A stretch of DNA of 64,000 bases. Origin: Felis catus. Lineage: Eukaryota. The notes below the pieces were generated by a model. The model saw only the letters and a program-made list of their open reading frames with translations. It did no database searches and was not told the DNA's origin. Position 1 is the stretch's first letter; every line of letters begins with the position of its first letter. The stretch spans positions 223,140,001-223,204,000 of the forward strand of contig NC_058368.1 of the NCBI RefSeq assembly GCF_018350175.1, in the 5' to 3' direction. This document shows, one piece after another, positions 52,021 through 64,000 of this stretch. A program made the position numbers and the translations under genes.

Positions 52021-52254
52021 ATTTCTTTTTTTAAAGTTTTTCTCTTTTTTTAACGTTTATTCATTTTTGAGAATCAAAGAGAGGCAGAGCATGAGTGGGG
52101 GAGGGGCAGAGAGCGAGGAGACACAGAATCTGAAGCAGGCTCCAGGCCCTGAGCTGACAGCACAGAGCCCAACGTGGGCTCAAACTCACAGACTGCGAGA
52201 TCAGGACCTGAGACGAAGACGGACGCTTAACCGACTGAGCCACCCAGGCACCCC
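52021..52254 (-). mobile_element. CAN-SINE
   Basis: TSD AATTCTGGGTCGATTTTA/AAGTCTGGGTCAATTTTA. Confidence 0.95.
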
Positions 52255-53857
52255 AAGTCTGGGTCAATTTTAAACTCGAGATCAAAAAATAAAATTAAGA
52301 AAAATCTAATATCCAAGGAAATACAAAGGGTTCCTTTGTCATTACATAGTGTCATTGAGTCACAAAAGAGAAGTGATAATCTCATTAATCTTTCCTGCCT
52401 TGATGAATTAGATGGGACATCATATCATTTTCAATGAATCATGTGTAATGAATATGTTAAGTATTATTTTCTGAGGCTTAAGCAGTACACTGAATCTCTT
52501 TAAGCTTTTCCTAGAAAACATAATATTATCTGACATAGAGTTTGATAGCCGACCTATTGTTTTTTGCTTTTTTCTAACTTATGGAGTCTAACAGGCTGAC
52601 CTTGTTTTTTTTGCTTTTTCTGACTTATGGAGTCATCATTTATCACTTATGGATAATACATCCATTAAATATTGATTTAACACTGGGTCCATATTATCTT
52701 TTCTACTTATTAAACGTTTGTAAATAATAGACATGGCTCGTAAATATGTCTTTCTCTCTTTAAAAACTAGAATCTGAGACTGATGTAAGGCAAGAGAGAT
52801 AAAAAAAGAGAGAAAGGGGAGGGGGAGAGACAAATCATGGTAAGAGGATAGTCCACAAGTAAATAATTTTACACATAAGTGTTCATCATGTAATCAAGAA
52901 AACTTCACACTCAAGGTTAAAGTTGAGACCTGACAGAAAGTTATGGCAATATTGGAGAAATCAACTAAAATCTTTTCAAACACGATACTAATGCACTGAA
53001 AATGAATTATAAAAAGTAAGATCTTAGTAATTCAGAAGGAATTATAATGAATATTTATGATACCTGTTGGAGGAAAGGTTAATATAATCTTGCAAATTTT
53101 AGAAAAAAATATTGCAGAAGAAAATAGGGTTGAAAAAAAAGTTAGGACCCTCTGGAATAATAATATTAAAAAAATAAATGGGGCTAATAAAATATTTACT
53201 GCAATCTCAATGAAAGGCCAACAATTTTATTATGTTATAATAATAAAAACTTGGAAAACCTCTTGACTGTAATCATGATTATAAACTATTATGTAAATAA
53301 TGCATAGAAACATAAAAAACAAAAGAATCATAGAGGATATTGGTATGCTACCAATTCCCTTCTTGCATGTAATTAATGGTAAAAAAAAATATGCCACAGA
53401 AATCATTTTTCCGATATTCCAGTATTGTTCGCAGCCTATCAATTTCCTGGCACATGGTAGACACTAAGGGCACAGGATTAAATTAAAGAGCTAACCTGTG
53501 GCTTCAGGTAGCTTACGGTCTAGATTTGAAACTTACCAACACCAGGTCATTAAGTTCTAGGTGTAAGTTTAGGGTCTTTGTTGAACAGCCAGCATGGTTC
53601 CAGGTCAGTAATTGAGGGGACCTACTCACATCATTTAGGGATTTAGGGTGCCTGAAGTTCTGCCATTATCAGTGCATGGCTTTGTTCTCATGGTAGGTCA
53701 CTATCAATCAGACGATGAAACAGAATCATAGATGGAAAACTTAATGGGCTAGCCAGTCATCAAATGGCCATTCCTAAAACAAAGTAATTTTTGTGAGCCC
53801 AGAAAGAAAAAGAAAAAAGACTTCTTTCATAAACACTTATGTGTCTACAATATTTAG

Positions 53858-54083
53858 TTTTTTATTTTTTAATTTTCTTAATGTTTGTTTATTTTTGAGA
53901 CAGAGAGAGACAGAGAATGAATGGGGGAGGGTCAGAGAGAGAGGGAGACGTGGAATCTGAAACAGGCTCCAGGCTCTGAGCTGTCAACACAGAGCCCGAC
54001 GCAGGGCTCGAACTCACAGGATGATGAGATCATGACCTGAGCCGAAGTCAGACGCTCAACTGACTGAGCCACCCAGGCGCCCC
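53858..54083 (-). mobile_element. CAN-SINE (SINEC_Fc-like)
   Basis: Full antisense body ending CAGGCGCCCC. Confidence 0.95.
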
Positions 54084-54700
54084 TATATTTCATTTTAAAA
54101 TGGACTCATCAATTAAATGCTTTAAGCATCATGACTGTTGGTAAAGTGTTTCCATTTTTCCATTATCCAAATATCACATTTTAATAGAAAATTTCTTCTT
54201 AATAAATATGCAGGTTTGATTTTCTCAGATGAGTCCTTTAACTCTGGAAACAAATTGTCTTCTCTTTGTGTAAGTTCATAAATATAATAGATGATGGAAG
54301 TAAAGAAAGAAAATGCATGAAAATCCTTATATGCACAAAGGGTAATACCAATGTCACCTCTTAAATAAATTGCAGGCATGTTTTCACCTAAAAGCCCAAT
54401 ACTAGATTATTGGAATTTTGTTGACAGTTCTTTCTGTATACAGCTAGTTTTTTATATCCATGTAACAAGTGATAACGGAAACAGCTCCATATATCTAACT
54501 AGAAATACTTTGCTCATAACTGCTGCAATGCATGTCTTAAAACAAGGTATGCCAATATTATGTAGATATTTAAAAATAAACCTTTATATGTACATAACAT
54601 ATACAACCAATAGATAAATTATTCCCTGCTTGGTAAGACACTTTCATGTATATATTTTCTGTGTTTCCTATTTCCAGACACGTTTCCAAACGTGCGTGCG

Positions 54701-54702
54701 CA

Positions 54703-54750
<48 letters not shown>
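54701..54750. repeat. (CA)n microsatellite
   Basis: About 25 CA units with one interruption. Confidence 0.95.
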
Positions 54751-54753
<3 letters not shown>

Positions 54754-56039
54754 ACGTTTTATATATGTATATACACTTGTTTCCAGAGCTCTTAAATCAC
54801 TATGAAAGTACATAAATGATTCTCAGTGTTTTTACTTGTTCATTGTTGGTCAAATTAAATCCAGATTCCCTAATGGTGATACCTCCTTAAAATAGTCAAT
54901 AAAATTGGGAGAGATATTTAATTTCTATAGTATGAGAAACACAAAATGGGAATGCTCAACAATTTATCAAACTAGATAAAAGATTTCATTTTTCTCCTAG
55001 ATGCTTACCAGAGTAGAAATAAACTCTAATAAAAGGGTCTATATATCTATATCGATATCGATATAGATATATAGTTTTATTTTATAAATAAGTCAGATTT
55101 ATATCCACCTTGACTACTTGAGATTTTACTAAGGTATTCTTAGTTCACAGTTTTCTGCTTTTGAGATTCTTATATGAATTATGTATGACAACTGAAAACA
55201 AGAAGAGTTGAAGTGTGAAAATCTCTGAGAAGGATTAACACCCATGAATAGTCTAAGGATAAAGCTGCATAAGATTCTCTACTCTACATCAATATTTATC
55301 ATATTTGTTGAAGTTATGAAACTCTATGATATTTAATGACAAATGTGCTTCACTTCAAAATATAGAAAGTATATCGGAAAAGGCCCTGGTGTCTTGTCAG
55401 TGCTAGTCTCTATTCCACTGGAAGTGAAATACAAGGGATCCACAGCCTGTCACCAGAAGTTTCAAAGAGAGACTGTAAGCTACCTGAGGCCAGGGGTTAG
55501 GTCTTTATTCTTACCCTGTTACTCTTAGTACCTAGCACATGCTAGAAACTTGATAAGCAAAAAGCCATATTTGCTGAAACAATACATAAAATGGCAAAAA
55601 AAAAAAAAATGGAAGAGGAAAAGGCTGTGTAAATCGCTCCCTATATCATACTGAGAGCCTGTTAGCAGGTCCGGAGGCATCCCAGGTTGCAGGTCTAAAG
55701 GAGTTTATTGAGCCAGTTTGTAGAAGTTCGGAGAAGTTAGGATTAAAAATAAGATATGAACTCATGTGTGCTGTTCTATTTTGCAACATATGCTGCGTAT
55801 TTTTATGGATAATGTTTAAACTCTAAAACAGTGTGATATAGCATCATTTTGTCAAGTCACTTGTAACAGTGCCCTTGAAGAAGTTGCTGACCCATCTGCC
55901 CTATGTCCTGCCTGCTAAGACTTCCACCTGTACCAAGAAATAATTTACCCTTGTTTAACCTGACAATGTCTGCATCTGGTCTTCCTGTTATTCTGAAGCT
56001 ATCGTTGGCAGTTGTTCAATACATTGGTTATGAAGAGGA

Positions 56040-56180
56040 AATATGTATGTGTGTATATATACACATATAAAATATAGATACATATATACATATTTTATAT
56101 ACATAAAATGCATATTATTTATATACATAAAATACATAATGCATATTTTATATACATAAAAATATATACATATTTTAATA
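56040..56180. repeat. AT-rich low-complexity tandem repeat (unit about TTTTATATACATAAAA)
   Basis: Repeated ATATACATAAAA/GCATATTTT motifs. Confidence 0.75.
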
Positions 56181-57144
56181 TCACAAATATTCCATTACTA
56201 ATATATACTTTATATGTTTTTAGCTATTTCATAGAGTGAAAGGGCAATGATTTAATACCAAATGCTTTCTTAGTATCTATAATTTGAAACTCAACCTGTA
56301 TTGAATATAAACTATCATGAAATATTTCAGGTCACTTTTACTAGAGATGCTGTGCAGTAATTGATAGGGAGGCTCACCATGGAATTAAACACTCCATTTA
56401 TTAGTAGTAGTAGTAATACTAAGTTAATACCGGTTTAATACTAACCACTGCTGACTAAAAATTATTATAAGCTACTAGTTGAGCCTAAGAAATGTAATGA
56501 GTGTTACCTTTAGAATTCCTTAGTACTGTGTAGAGAGTGGACAGATGTAAAATGAAAATGAGCATATGTTTGTTTCCTTATGTGTATAAATACATTTTAC
56601 TCATAAAAGAATGGGAAAAGAGTTAGCTAAGGTTCACTTCAATCGGATATCTAAATTATACATAGTATGGCTTTCCACTGAGAAAAGAAAACCTGAATTT
56701 CTAATGTCTTCTGACTTTTCCCTTGATTTCAATAAAACTTAGTTTATGGAAGTTTATTTTCCCTTATAAGGATGCCACAGCAATGTAAATAAGATATAGC
56801 TAGTTTTCAACTAGTTATGATGGAACCAGCCTGTTGCTCTGAAGTGGGCATTTTTTTTTAATTGTAAAAATACCCCTTACGATGTTCAGAATTTGATATC
56901 TGGAGAAAAAGTAAAGCAGTATATTTTGCTGGCATATCTGAAACTTTATATGTAAATTTGTTTTTTGTGATGAAATACTTCACAAAAATGTGTTATTTAC
57001 AGTAGGCATATTTCTCTTGATCAGCAAGCTTATTTGATAGGTGAATAGATCCATAAAGTTGTGTATACACCCTTAGGCTGTATGGCTATTAGTCATGAAC
57101 TTGTAGCCACTTGTGGCTTGTGATTTTTCCTGTTCCTTCTTCAA

Positions 57145-57349
57145 AAAATAATGTGTATTTTCTTTTGAAAGAGAGAGAGGGAGAGAGAGTGAGAGGGAGG
57201 GGCAGAGAGAGAGGGAGACAGAGAGTCCCAAGCAAGCTTTGCACTGTCAGTGAGAGCCCAATGCCAGGCTCAATCTAATGAACTGTGAGATACTGACTGA
57301 GCTGAAATCAGAGTCAGTCGCTTAACTGACTGAGCCACCCAAGCGCCCC
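57145..57349 (-). mobile_element. CAN-SINE
   Basis: TSD CCTGTTCCTTCTTCAA/CCTGTTCATTCTTCAA. Confidence 0.94.
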
Positions 57350-57906
57350 CCTGTTCATTCTTCAATTCTCTCTCATTTTGTTCTAATTTTTTCCACTCTG
57401 ATTCTGCTATCTATACATTCCATTAAATTCTTTAACAGCTGGTAGTACTCATTAAGTGCTATAAAATTTAAGTGTTACAGCTTTCTTTGTCCTCAGGCTT
57501 GCCTGGCCACTCTATTATATTTAAAATTAAGAGCAGCACTATCTCTTAACCATCATCCTCTTTAAAACATTTTTAAAAAATAGTATACAATCAGTTTAAG
57601 CACGAGTTACAAGAAATGTTTTGTGCAGAGGTGGGGATCAAATTTAAATTAATATCTCACCACTTTTGCCGTAATTGATAAAATTACTAAAATTATGAAA
57701 ACAGGCACAATTTTTTTTTTGCATTTTGTTCTTTTATTGTTACATATTTCCGTAATGCTACAGTTTTGAGACTTCTCTCTCTGTATCATCTTGACACTAT
57801 CATGAAATGATGAGCACTATTTTTCACTGTTCCCTGAAACCTCCACATTTTACAGTAATGTCCTTAATTTCCAAGAACCCCTTTTTCTGAGATTACTACT
57901 TTTCTT

Positions 57907-58091
57907 TATCATTTTAATGTTTAGTTACTTATTTTGAGAGAGAGCAAGCAGGGGAGGGGCAGACATAGGGAGTGAAGGAGTCCCAAGCAGGCTGTGGGAG
58001 AGTGGGAGCTTCAGCCCACAAAACACGAGTTCATGACCTGAGCTGAAATCAAGAGTTGGACGCTCAAACGACTCAACCACCCAGGCGCCCC
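57907..58091 (-). mobile_element. CAN-SINE
   Basis: TSD TGAGATTACTACTTTTCTT/TGAGATTACTATTTTTCTT. Confidence 0.94.
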
Positions 58092-60281
58092 TGAGATTAC
58101 TATTTTTCTTGGTAGATGCTTCTTATGTTGGTTCATGTAATTTTCAAATGTGCAGCATGTTTGACAAAATAAAAAAAAATTGGGAAATGCATATATATTT
58201 GGAATAGAGTATGTATTTAGAATAATCTATATGTATTTAGAATATACTATCTGCATTCTAGAAGTCTGTTCAGATTACCTTGGTTTCTTCTTTCTGTTCT
58301 GATGGATTCCAACTGAGGCATTTTCTTTAAATGTCTACTGATTTTTGGTCTTCCAGCTTATTTATGAATTAAGGGCATATTCAATATAATTCTCTGTAGG
58401 GTTTTATCTAAAGTTGTCCTGGGCCATTTCCCAAATATGAGAACCCAATTTAGCATATTTTTCACCATATCCAATGAGAACTTTGTAATCTTCCAAATAT
58501 GGATTGGTATTTCTATCCTTTTTTTTCGATTTTCACATTGAATATACTTTTTTAGGACTCAAATTGTGTTCCTTCTCTTCACAGCACTCGTGCATTTCTA
58601 TAAAACAGAAAAATCAGTTTAACTGATTCCAGCCTTTTCACCCTTTCGTTTCCTAAAATAAGTTTATTATGTTAACAGAAATCAACCCAGAGGTACTAAG
58701 TGGTAGCAGTAGCTTTTTGAAAAGCAACATATATTGTGAATATATGCCAGTTTGGAATCCTAAATGTTACAAAAGCTAGATTTAGGTGGTATATTTAGAG
58801 TATTTACTAAGTACAGGTAATGTGATAGGGCCTGAAATGAAATGCAAAGTTATGGTAGAATTAACTTCTATGAATTCATTCATTATAGCCTTTCAATACT
58901 TTGAAATGATAGCAGTGATTTGAATAGTTTTCAGCTATAGATTTAGATTTTTGTAGCTATAGATATTAATCCTCTTTAGCTCTTTTGTTTAAAAGATTTC
59001 CCCTTTTCTAGAAACAATTATAAGTCCTATAACTCGATTGATTAAATAATGTTTTTACATTTGACTCCCCACTCCCACTCCACCGCCCCCAAATACTCAT
59101 AACATGCAGACAAAAATCATAGCAATCAAACATGCCCATATTTTCACTAGACTCTAATGCTCCAGTTGTGCTCTGGTGGCAAGACATAAAGCTATGTCAG
59201 GATGACAGAAAGCAACGTACTGATTTTCCGTGCTGTTTTCTAGTCTGCAAAATAATCTACACTATTAAATCTACCTCGGGAAACAAGCTATGTATCACTG
59301 TGTCAGACTAAAGATGAACAGCAAAGTGGATTCATTTTTCTGGCAGAGAAGAATATGTGTGATATTCATTAGTTATGGTGTTGTCTGTAATTGTTTTTTA
59401 ACTCTAATCATTGCATATTTTATTTGAATGGCATTTTCCTGCCTACCAATAATGCTATTGAGGATAATTACCAAACCAGAGAAAATCTAAAGATTGCTTA
59501 TTGTTACTCTCTATTGTGCTGAAGCCAAAATATTGTAAACCAAGAACAAGACCATAAACAGCACTCTAATTAATTAATTAATGAGTATTTCTTTTGTAGG
59601 CACTAAGAACACATTTAGTCCTTGGGTTTTAACATATTCATTATTAATTCTGTGCCGGACTTCCTGTATTTTCGTTATATTTAACTATACTCTTTCTAAA
59701 TAATTTATGAGATATGATGAATATGTTTTAATCATATATATTCTGCATATTTAAGATATAACTGAGATTTTATGTTCTTTCCAAGTAGTCTGTGAGTAGC
59801 ATGCATACCTTTCTTTCCTGGAACCCTGTGACGGATATTTTGAACACAGCTGCTTACATGAAATTCTTTCCTAGAAGATTAGTCTTTTGAAATATAACCC
59901 AAGTAATTGCTTTATTTAGTAATATAGAAACTATGTGTTCACCAATCATATCCCTGTTCAATAAGTAAAAATGGATGAAATAGATATTTGTGACAATTCA
60001 GGGGGTAAAGTTTGCATAGATTCTTTTTGTTTTAGAGCTTCTAGGTGCTCTAAAACATTAGTTATGATGTTGTCTGCAATTGTTTTTAAACTCTAATCAT
60101 TTCACCGTTGAGATGGATCTTCATTTCTGTCAGAATTTTTCCTCTAGATTTTTCCCATATGAGTAAATATATGGAGTTTGAATATATGTGGAATATTTAG
60201 AGGTCTGGAATTGCTAACTTTGCTATATAGCAGCCAGTTCAATTTGTTGGAAAAATGCTGACAATTAAAACATGCAGTGAA

Positions 60282-60515
60282 GGGGTGCCTGGGTGGCGCA
60301 GTCGGTTAAGCGTCCCACTTCAGCCAGGTCACGATCTCGCGGTCCGTGAGTTCGAGCCCCGTGTCAGGCCCTGGGCTGATGGCTCAGAGCCTGGAGCCTG
60401 TTTCCGATTCTGTGTCTCCCTCTCTCTCTGCCCCTCCCCCGTTCATGCTTTGTCTCTCTCTGTCCCCAAAAAAATAAATTAAAAAAAAAAAACGTTGAAA
60501 AAAAATTAAAAAAAA
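60282..60515 (+). mobile_element. Young felid SINE (SINEC_Fc)
   Basis: Perfect 15-bp TSD AAAACATGCAGTGAA; CpG-rich body and long A tail. Confidence 0.97.
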
Positions 60516-61233
60516 AAAACATGCAGTGAAATACAATTGCATTAAGTTACTTCAGAAACTTTTTTTTTTTCTATTCTACGAAAGCAGAGAGATTGAGCTA
60601 CTCATTAATGAAGAGTCTTATAGGTAGAGCTACATAATGTACTAGCATGATGTATGTGTGCATCCTTATATGTATTTTGACTTCAGAGCAACAGCAGGCT
60701 TATGGAGACACAAAGGGATCAGTAAGCCAGGAGATGTCTTCAAACAATAATCTGGGAAGAAAAGTCATTAGGTTATCGTTCAGCCACTGTTGATTATTCT
60801 GGATGATCAAACAGGAAAAGAACGAAGGCATATATTTATATTTACATATAATATATATTTATATTTTAATTCTAGATTTTCAAATAAGTGAGTTGAGAAT
60901 TAGTCGCTTTTGTGTTTAGAATGTTAACAGATTTCATGACTTTGAAATGCCTCAGATTTCTAAATATTTATTACCATCTGGATGGATACCTCTGAATGGT
61001 GAGAAGTCAAAAGCAAAGCAGAAAAACTATAGCCAACAGCTAGAACTTTTCCTCTCACTCCCCTTGCCCCACCACCACTTCTGCATGATTGAAGAGTAAA
61101 TGTTATTCTTAAGATGTAAATGTTACTCTTCTGCAAAATGCCTTTACAATACAATCATTTTAGCACTCCTTTCAGAAATATATTAATCCAGAGTTCTGGA
61201 CACTATAAAATAGAGTGACTATAATTAACCCAG

Positions 61234-61460
61234 TTTTTTTTAAAAAATTGAATTCCAGTAGAGTTAACAGTGTTATATTAGTTTCAGGTATATAAGGTAG
61301 TGATTTGACAATTCTATACATTATTTAGTGATCATCAAGATAAGTCTACTCTTAATCCCCTTCATCTGTTTTACCCACCCACCCCCACCCTCCTCCACCT
61401 TCCTCCTCTCTGGTAACCATCAATCTGTTCTCTGTAGTTGAGTCTGCTTTGTTTTTTGAT
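61234..61460 (-). mobile_element. Carnivore L1 3' end (antisense)
   Basis: AATTCCAGTAGAGTTAACAGTGTTATATTAGTTTCAGGTA..CTCTGGTAACCATCAATCTGTTCTCTGTAGTT. Confidence 0.88.
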
Positions 61461-61615
61461 AGTTTAGTTTTATGATATCAGATCCCTGATTAACTCTGTT
61501 TAGGCTTCTCAGTCACAACATCAGTGGACTCCAAATTAAACAGGCTACATCCCAATACTAAATTCTTGAGGATAAGAATAAAAGTAAAATGTTCATTTTA
61601 AGCGTGTTGTCAATT

Positions 61616-61784
61616 GGGGCACCTGGGTGGCTCAGTCGGTTGGGTGTCTGACTTGGGCTCAGGTCATGATCTTGCTTGCAGTCTGTGGGTTCAAGCTCCA
61701 TGTCGGGCTCTGCACTGACAGCTCAGAGCCTGGAGCCTGCTTCAGATTCTGTCTCTATCTCTCTCTGCCCCTCCGCTTCTCTCA

Positions 61785-61830
<46 letters not shown>

Positions 61831-61851
61831 ATAAAAACATAAAATATAAAT
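61616..61851 (+). mobile_element. CAN-SINE
   Basis: TSD AAGCGTGTTGTCAAT/AAATGTGTTGTCAAT. Confidence 0.95.
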
Positions 61852-63116
61852 AAATGTGTTGTCAATGAATAGTTATCTTTAAAGGAAAAAAATGAATTCT
61901 TCTAGAGAAAATACAAAGACTGCGGAATAACAATCCTTTTAAAGATGCACTTGTTCCATTTGTATTATTTCTACTTTTAAGTAAATCGAGGTTTATGATG
62001 CCACAAATATAAACCTCGTTGATATTTACAGAATTTTGAGCTTTCACCCAGGATGGAAAATACTTCGCTGGTGTGCCATGACACTCTGGGGTGCATGCAC
62101 TTGAAAGACAGCTCTTCTCTTTCTCACTGAGTCTTGGATTTCTCCTCAAAATTGTGCTCAAGTCTGCTGCAGTCAGTTGAAAGGAGCAGACACTGAACTT
62201 GAAACCTATTCACCCCAGATGTAATCAAATATAATTGGTGCACAAAAGCATGAGATAAACTGATTTCATTCTTAAAATAGCCAGTCACCATCACTGAACC
62301 CAAGCAATGAATAACCCAATCCAAGTGAGGCAAAAAGGATCCTGATCATTTTATTTAGTTCGTGGTGAAAAGATTTTAGTTAAAAAGTTGTGGGTTTAAA
62401 AATATTTGTCTGCCAGCTGACAAACTTTTGATAAATAATTTTAAGCCTTATAGTAAAGGTAATGTTTGTTTTCCATTTGTTAGTATCCATATGCAATGTA
62501 AAATAACACAGTAAATATCAAATATATATGTTTTCAATAGCTATTTGCAGTAAGGTTCTTAATTTTATGATTGAATGCACTCAATTGTTTCTATATTAAC
62601 ATTGTATGGTTTATCTGATAACAAATTTCACAATAATTAGCAGACACGGTATGGAGAAAAATTTTGGTGACAAAATTTTCACAATTACAGTTAACGTTTT
62701 CCACATGTCATGCTAGAATTATCTTGATAGTTACTGTTTAATAAATATTCTAAAACTAGGCTTTTTTCCCCCTTTTGTATCTGGAGGCAGTTGTTAGACC
62801 AAAATTGACCAAATGATTTGTAACCATATTTTATCTATTAAGCAAAGCTGACATATTCTGATTTAGCCAAAATAGAGTAATTTACCTACTTTACAGCAAA
62901 ATTAAAGCAAAGGAAATTAATTTAAAACAGAATAATGTACTTATTTTAGACATTTTTCCCAGCCTAAATTCTGAAAAGAGCATTATGCTGACCTGCTTAT
63001 ATTCTCTTTCGAATTTAGAGGGAATATTATTTAAATCAAAAACTTACACATAATTTGCAAATGGACAAGACTGAGCTGTGAGAATGCATATCTAGCTTAT
63101 AGAGTGGAACACTTTA

Positions 63117-63327
63117 TTTTTTTTAATGTTTATTTATTTTTGAGAGAGACAGAGACAGAATGCAAGTGGGATAGGGGCAGAGAGAGAGGGAGACAAAGAA
63201 TCCAAAGCGGGCTCCAGGCTCCGAGCTGTCAGCACAGAGCCCGAAGTGGGGCTTGAACTCACAAGCTGTGAGATCATGACCTGAGCCGAAGTCAGACACT
63301 CAACCTACTGAGCCACCCAGGTGCCCC
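63117..63327 (-). mobile_element. CAN-SINE (SINEC_Fc-like)
   Basis: Full antisense body; AACACTTTA on both flanks. Confidence 0.95.
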
Positions 63328-63872
63328 TAAAACACTTTAAAATAGGAGTGAGATGTCACACATAGATGCCTTTATGTCAAAGTTTCTGTCAGGAAGCCAG
63401 GAAGTAGCTATTACCTCTATGTCAAATAGTAAGATGAGTTTCTGTTATCAAGCTTTGAAAGGAGGAAAAATGCACATACTTCAAAACTTGTTTTCCCTTT
63501 TCTAAACAGAAGACCAGGATCTAAGTATAAGACCCAGGAAAATTCATTTTAAAGTAGAATCTCTTGGGAGATATTAAGAATAGATTTAGTGTTACTCCTT
63601 TTAGGCCCAGGGAAGAAACATCCTGAGAGCATGTAATTTTGGTATGGCTAATTTAATATTTGATTCCCCATGTGGAGCTGCACTTGCTTTTGTTTATTAA
63701 ACATAACTTTCTTATGATTATGAAGTAGGTCAACTGTTCAATCTTGGAAAGCTTAAATTGATCCCTTGCTTAGACATAAGTATTATGGGGAAGAACAGTC
63801 TTGACCACTTTAATACACTTGCTTGAGTTGTTTTTTGTTTGTGTGTGTGTGTGTGCGTGAGCATGCATGCAC

Positions 63873-64000
63873 TTTTTTTTTTATTAAAAAAAATTTTTTT
63901 TAACGTTTATTTACTTTTTGAGACAGAGAGAGACAGAGCATGAATGGGGGAGGGTCAGAGAGAGAGAGGGAGACACAGAATCTGAAACAGGCTCCGGGCT
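63873..64000 (-). mobile_element. CAN-SINE, truncated by the window end
   Basis: T-tail followed by GAGACAGAGAGAGACAGAGCATGAA..ACAGGCTCC. Confidence 0.93.

Noticed and set aside
225..62333. All ORFs in the six-frame track (60-132 aa)
   Set aside because: They are short and low-complexity, or are read through SINEs and microsatellites (SLSLSL, ERERER, CVCVCV, GAWVAQ). None resembles a known protein or has convincing exon boundaries.
1..64000. CRISPR array or other prokaryotic-type system
   Set aside because: There are no regularly spaced repeat-spacer units and no operons; the recurring motifs are dispersed SINE copies in a mammalian genome.

Overview
This is mammalian genomic DNA, not prokaryotic. 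It is AT-rich and almost certainly felid/feliform, because it carries about 35 tRNA-derived CAN-SINEs (SINEC_Fc-like: GGGGCGCCTGGGTGGCTCAGTCGGTTAAG...(CT)n...AATAAA-polyA), many with target-site duplications (TSDs). Older eutherian repeats are also present: L1 fragments, L2, MIR, MLT1/MER21/LTR33-like LTRs and MER20/MER53/MER58 DNA transposons. The only clear gene-related structure is a CpG island at about 26.3-27.85 kb. It contains GC boxes, a consensus NF-Y CCAAT box and a strong 5' splice donor (AAG|GTAAGG, 27368/27369). I read it as the promoter and non-coding first exon of a + strand gene whose first intron runs past the end of the window (>36 kb). I cannot identify the gene, and no ORF in the track looks like real coding sequence. 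I found no convincing novel biological system. The observations most worth checking are uORFs and a candidate 26-nt microexon at the promoter, antisense donors in the island, closely spaced inverted SINE pairs in the intron, young (possibly polymorphic) SINEs, two perfect palindromes and a dispersed 46-bp direct repeat. Repeat family names come from recalled consensus similarity and need RepeatMasker/Dfam confirmation. Boundaries of old repeats are approximate.
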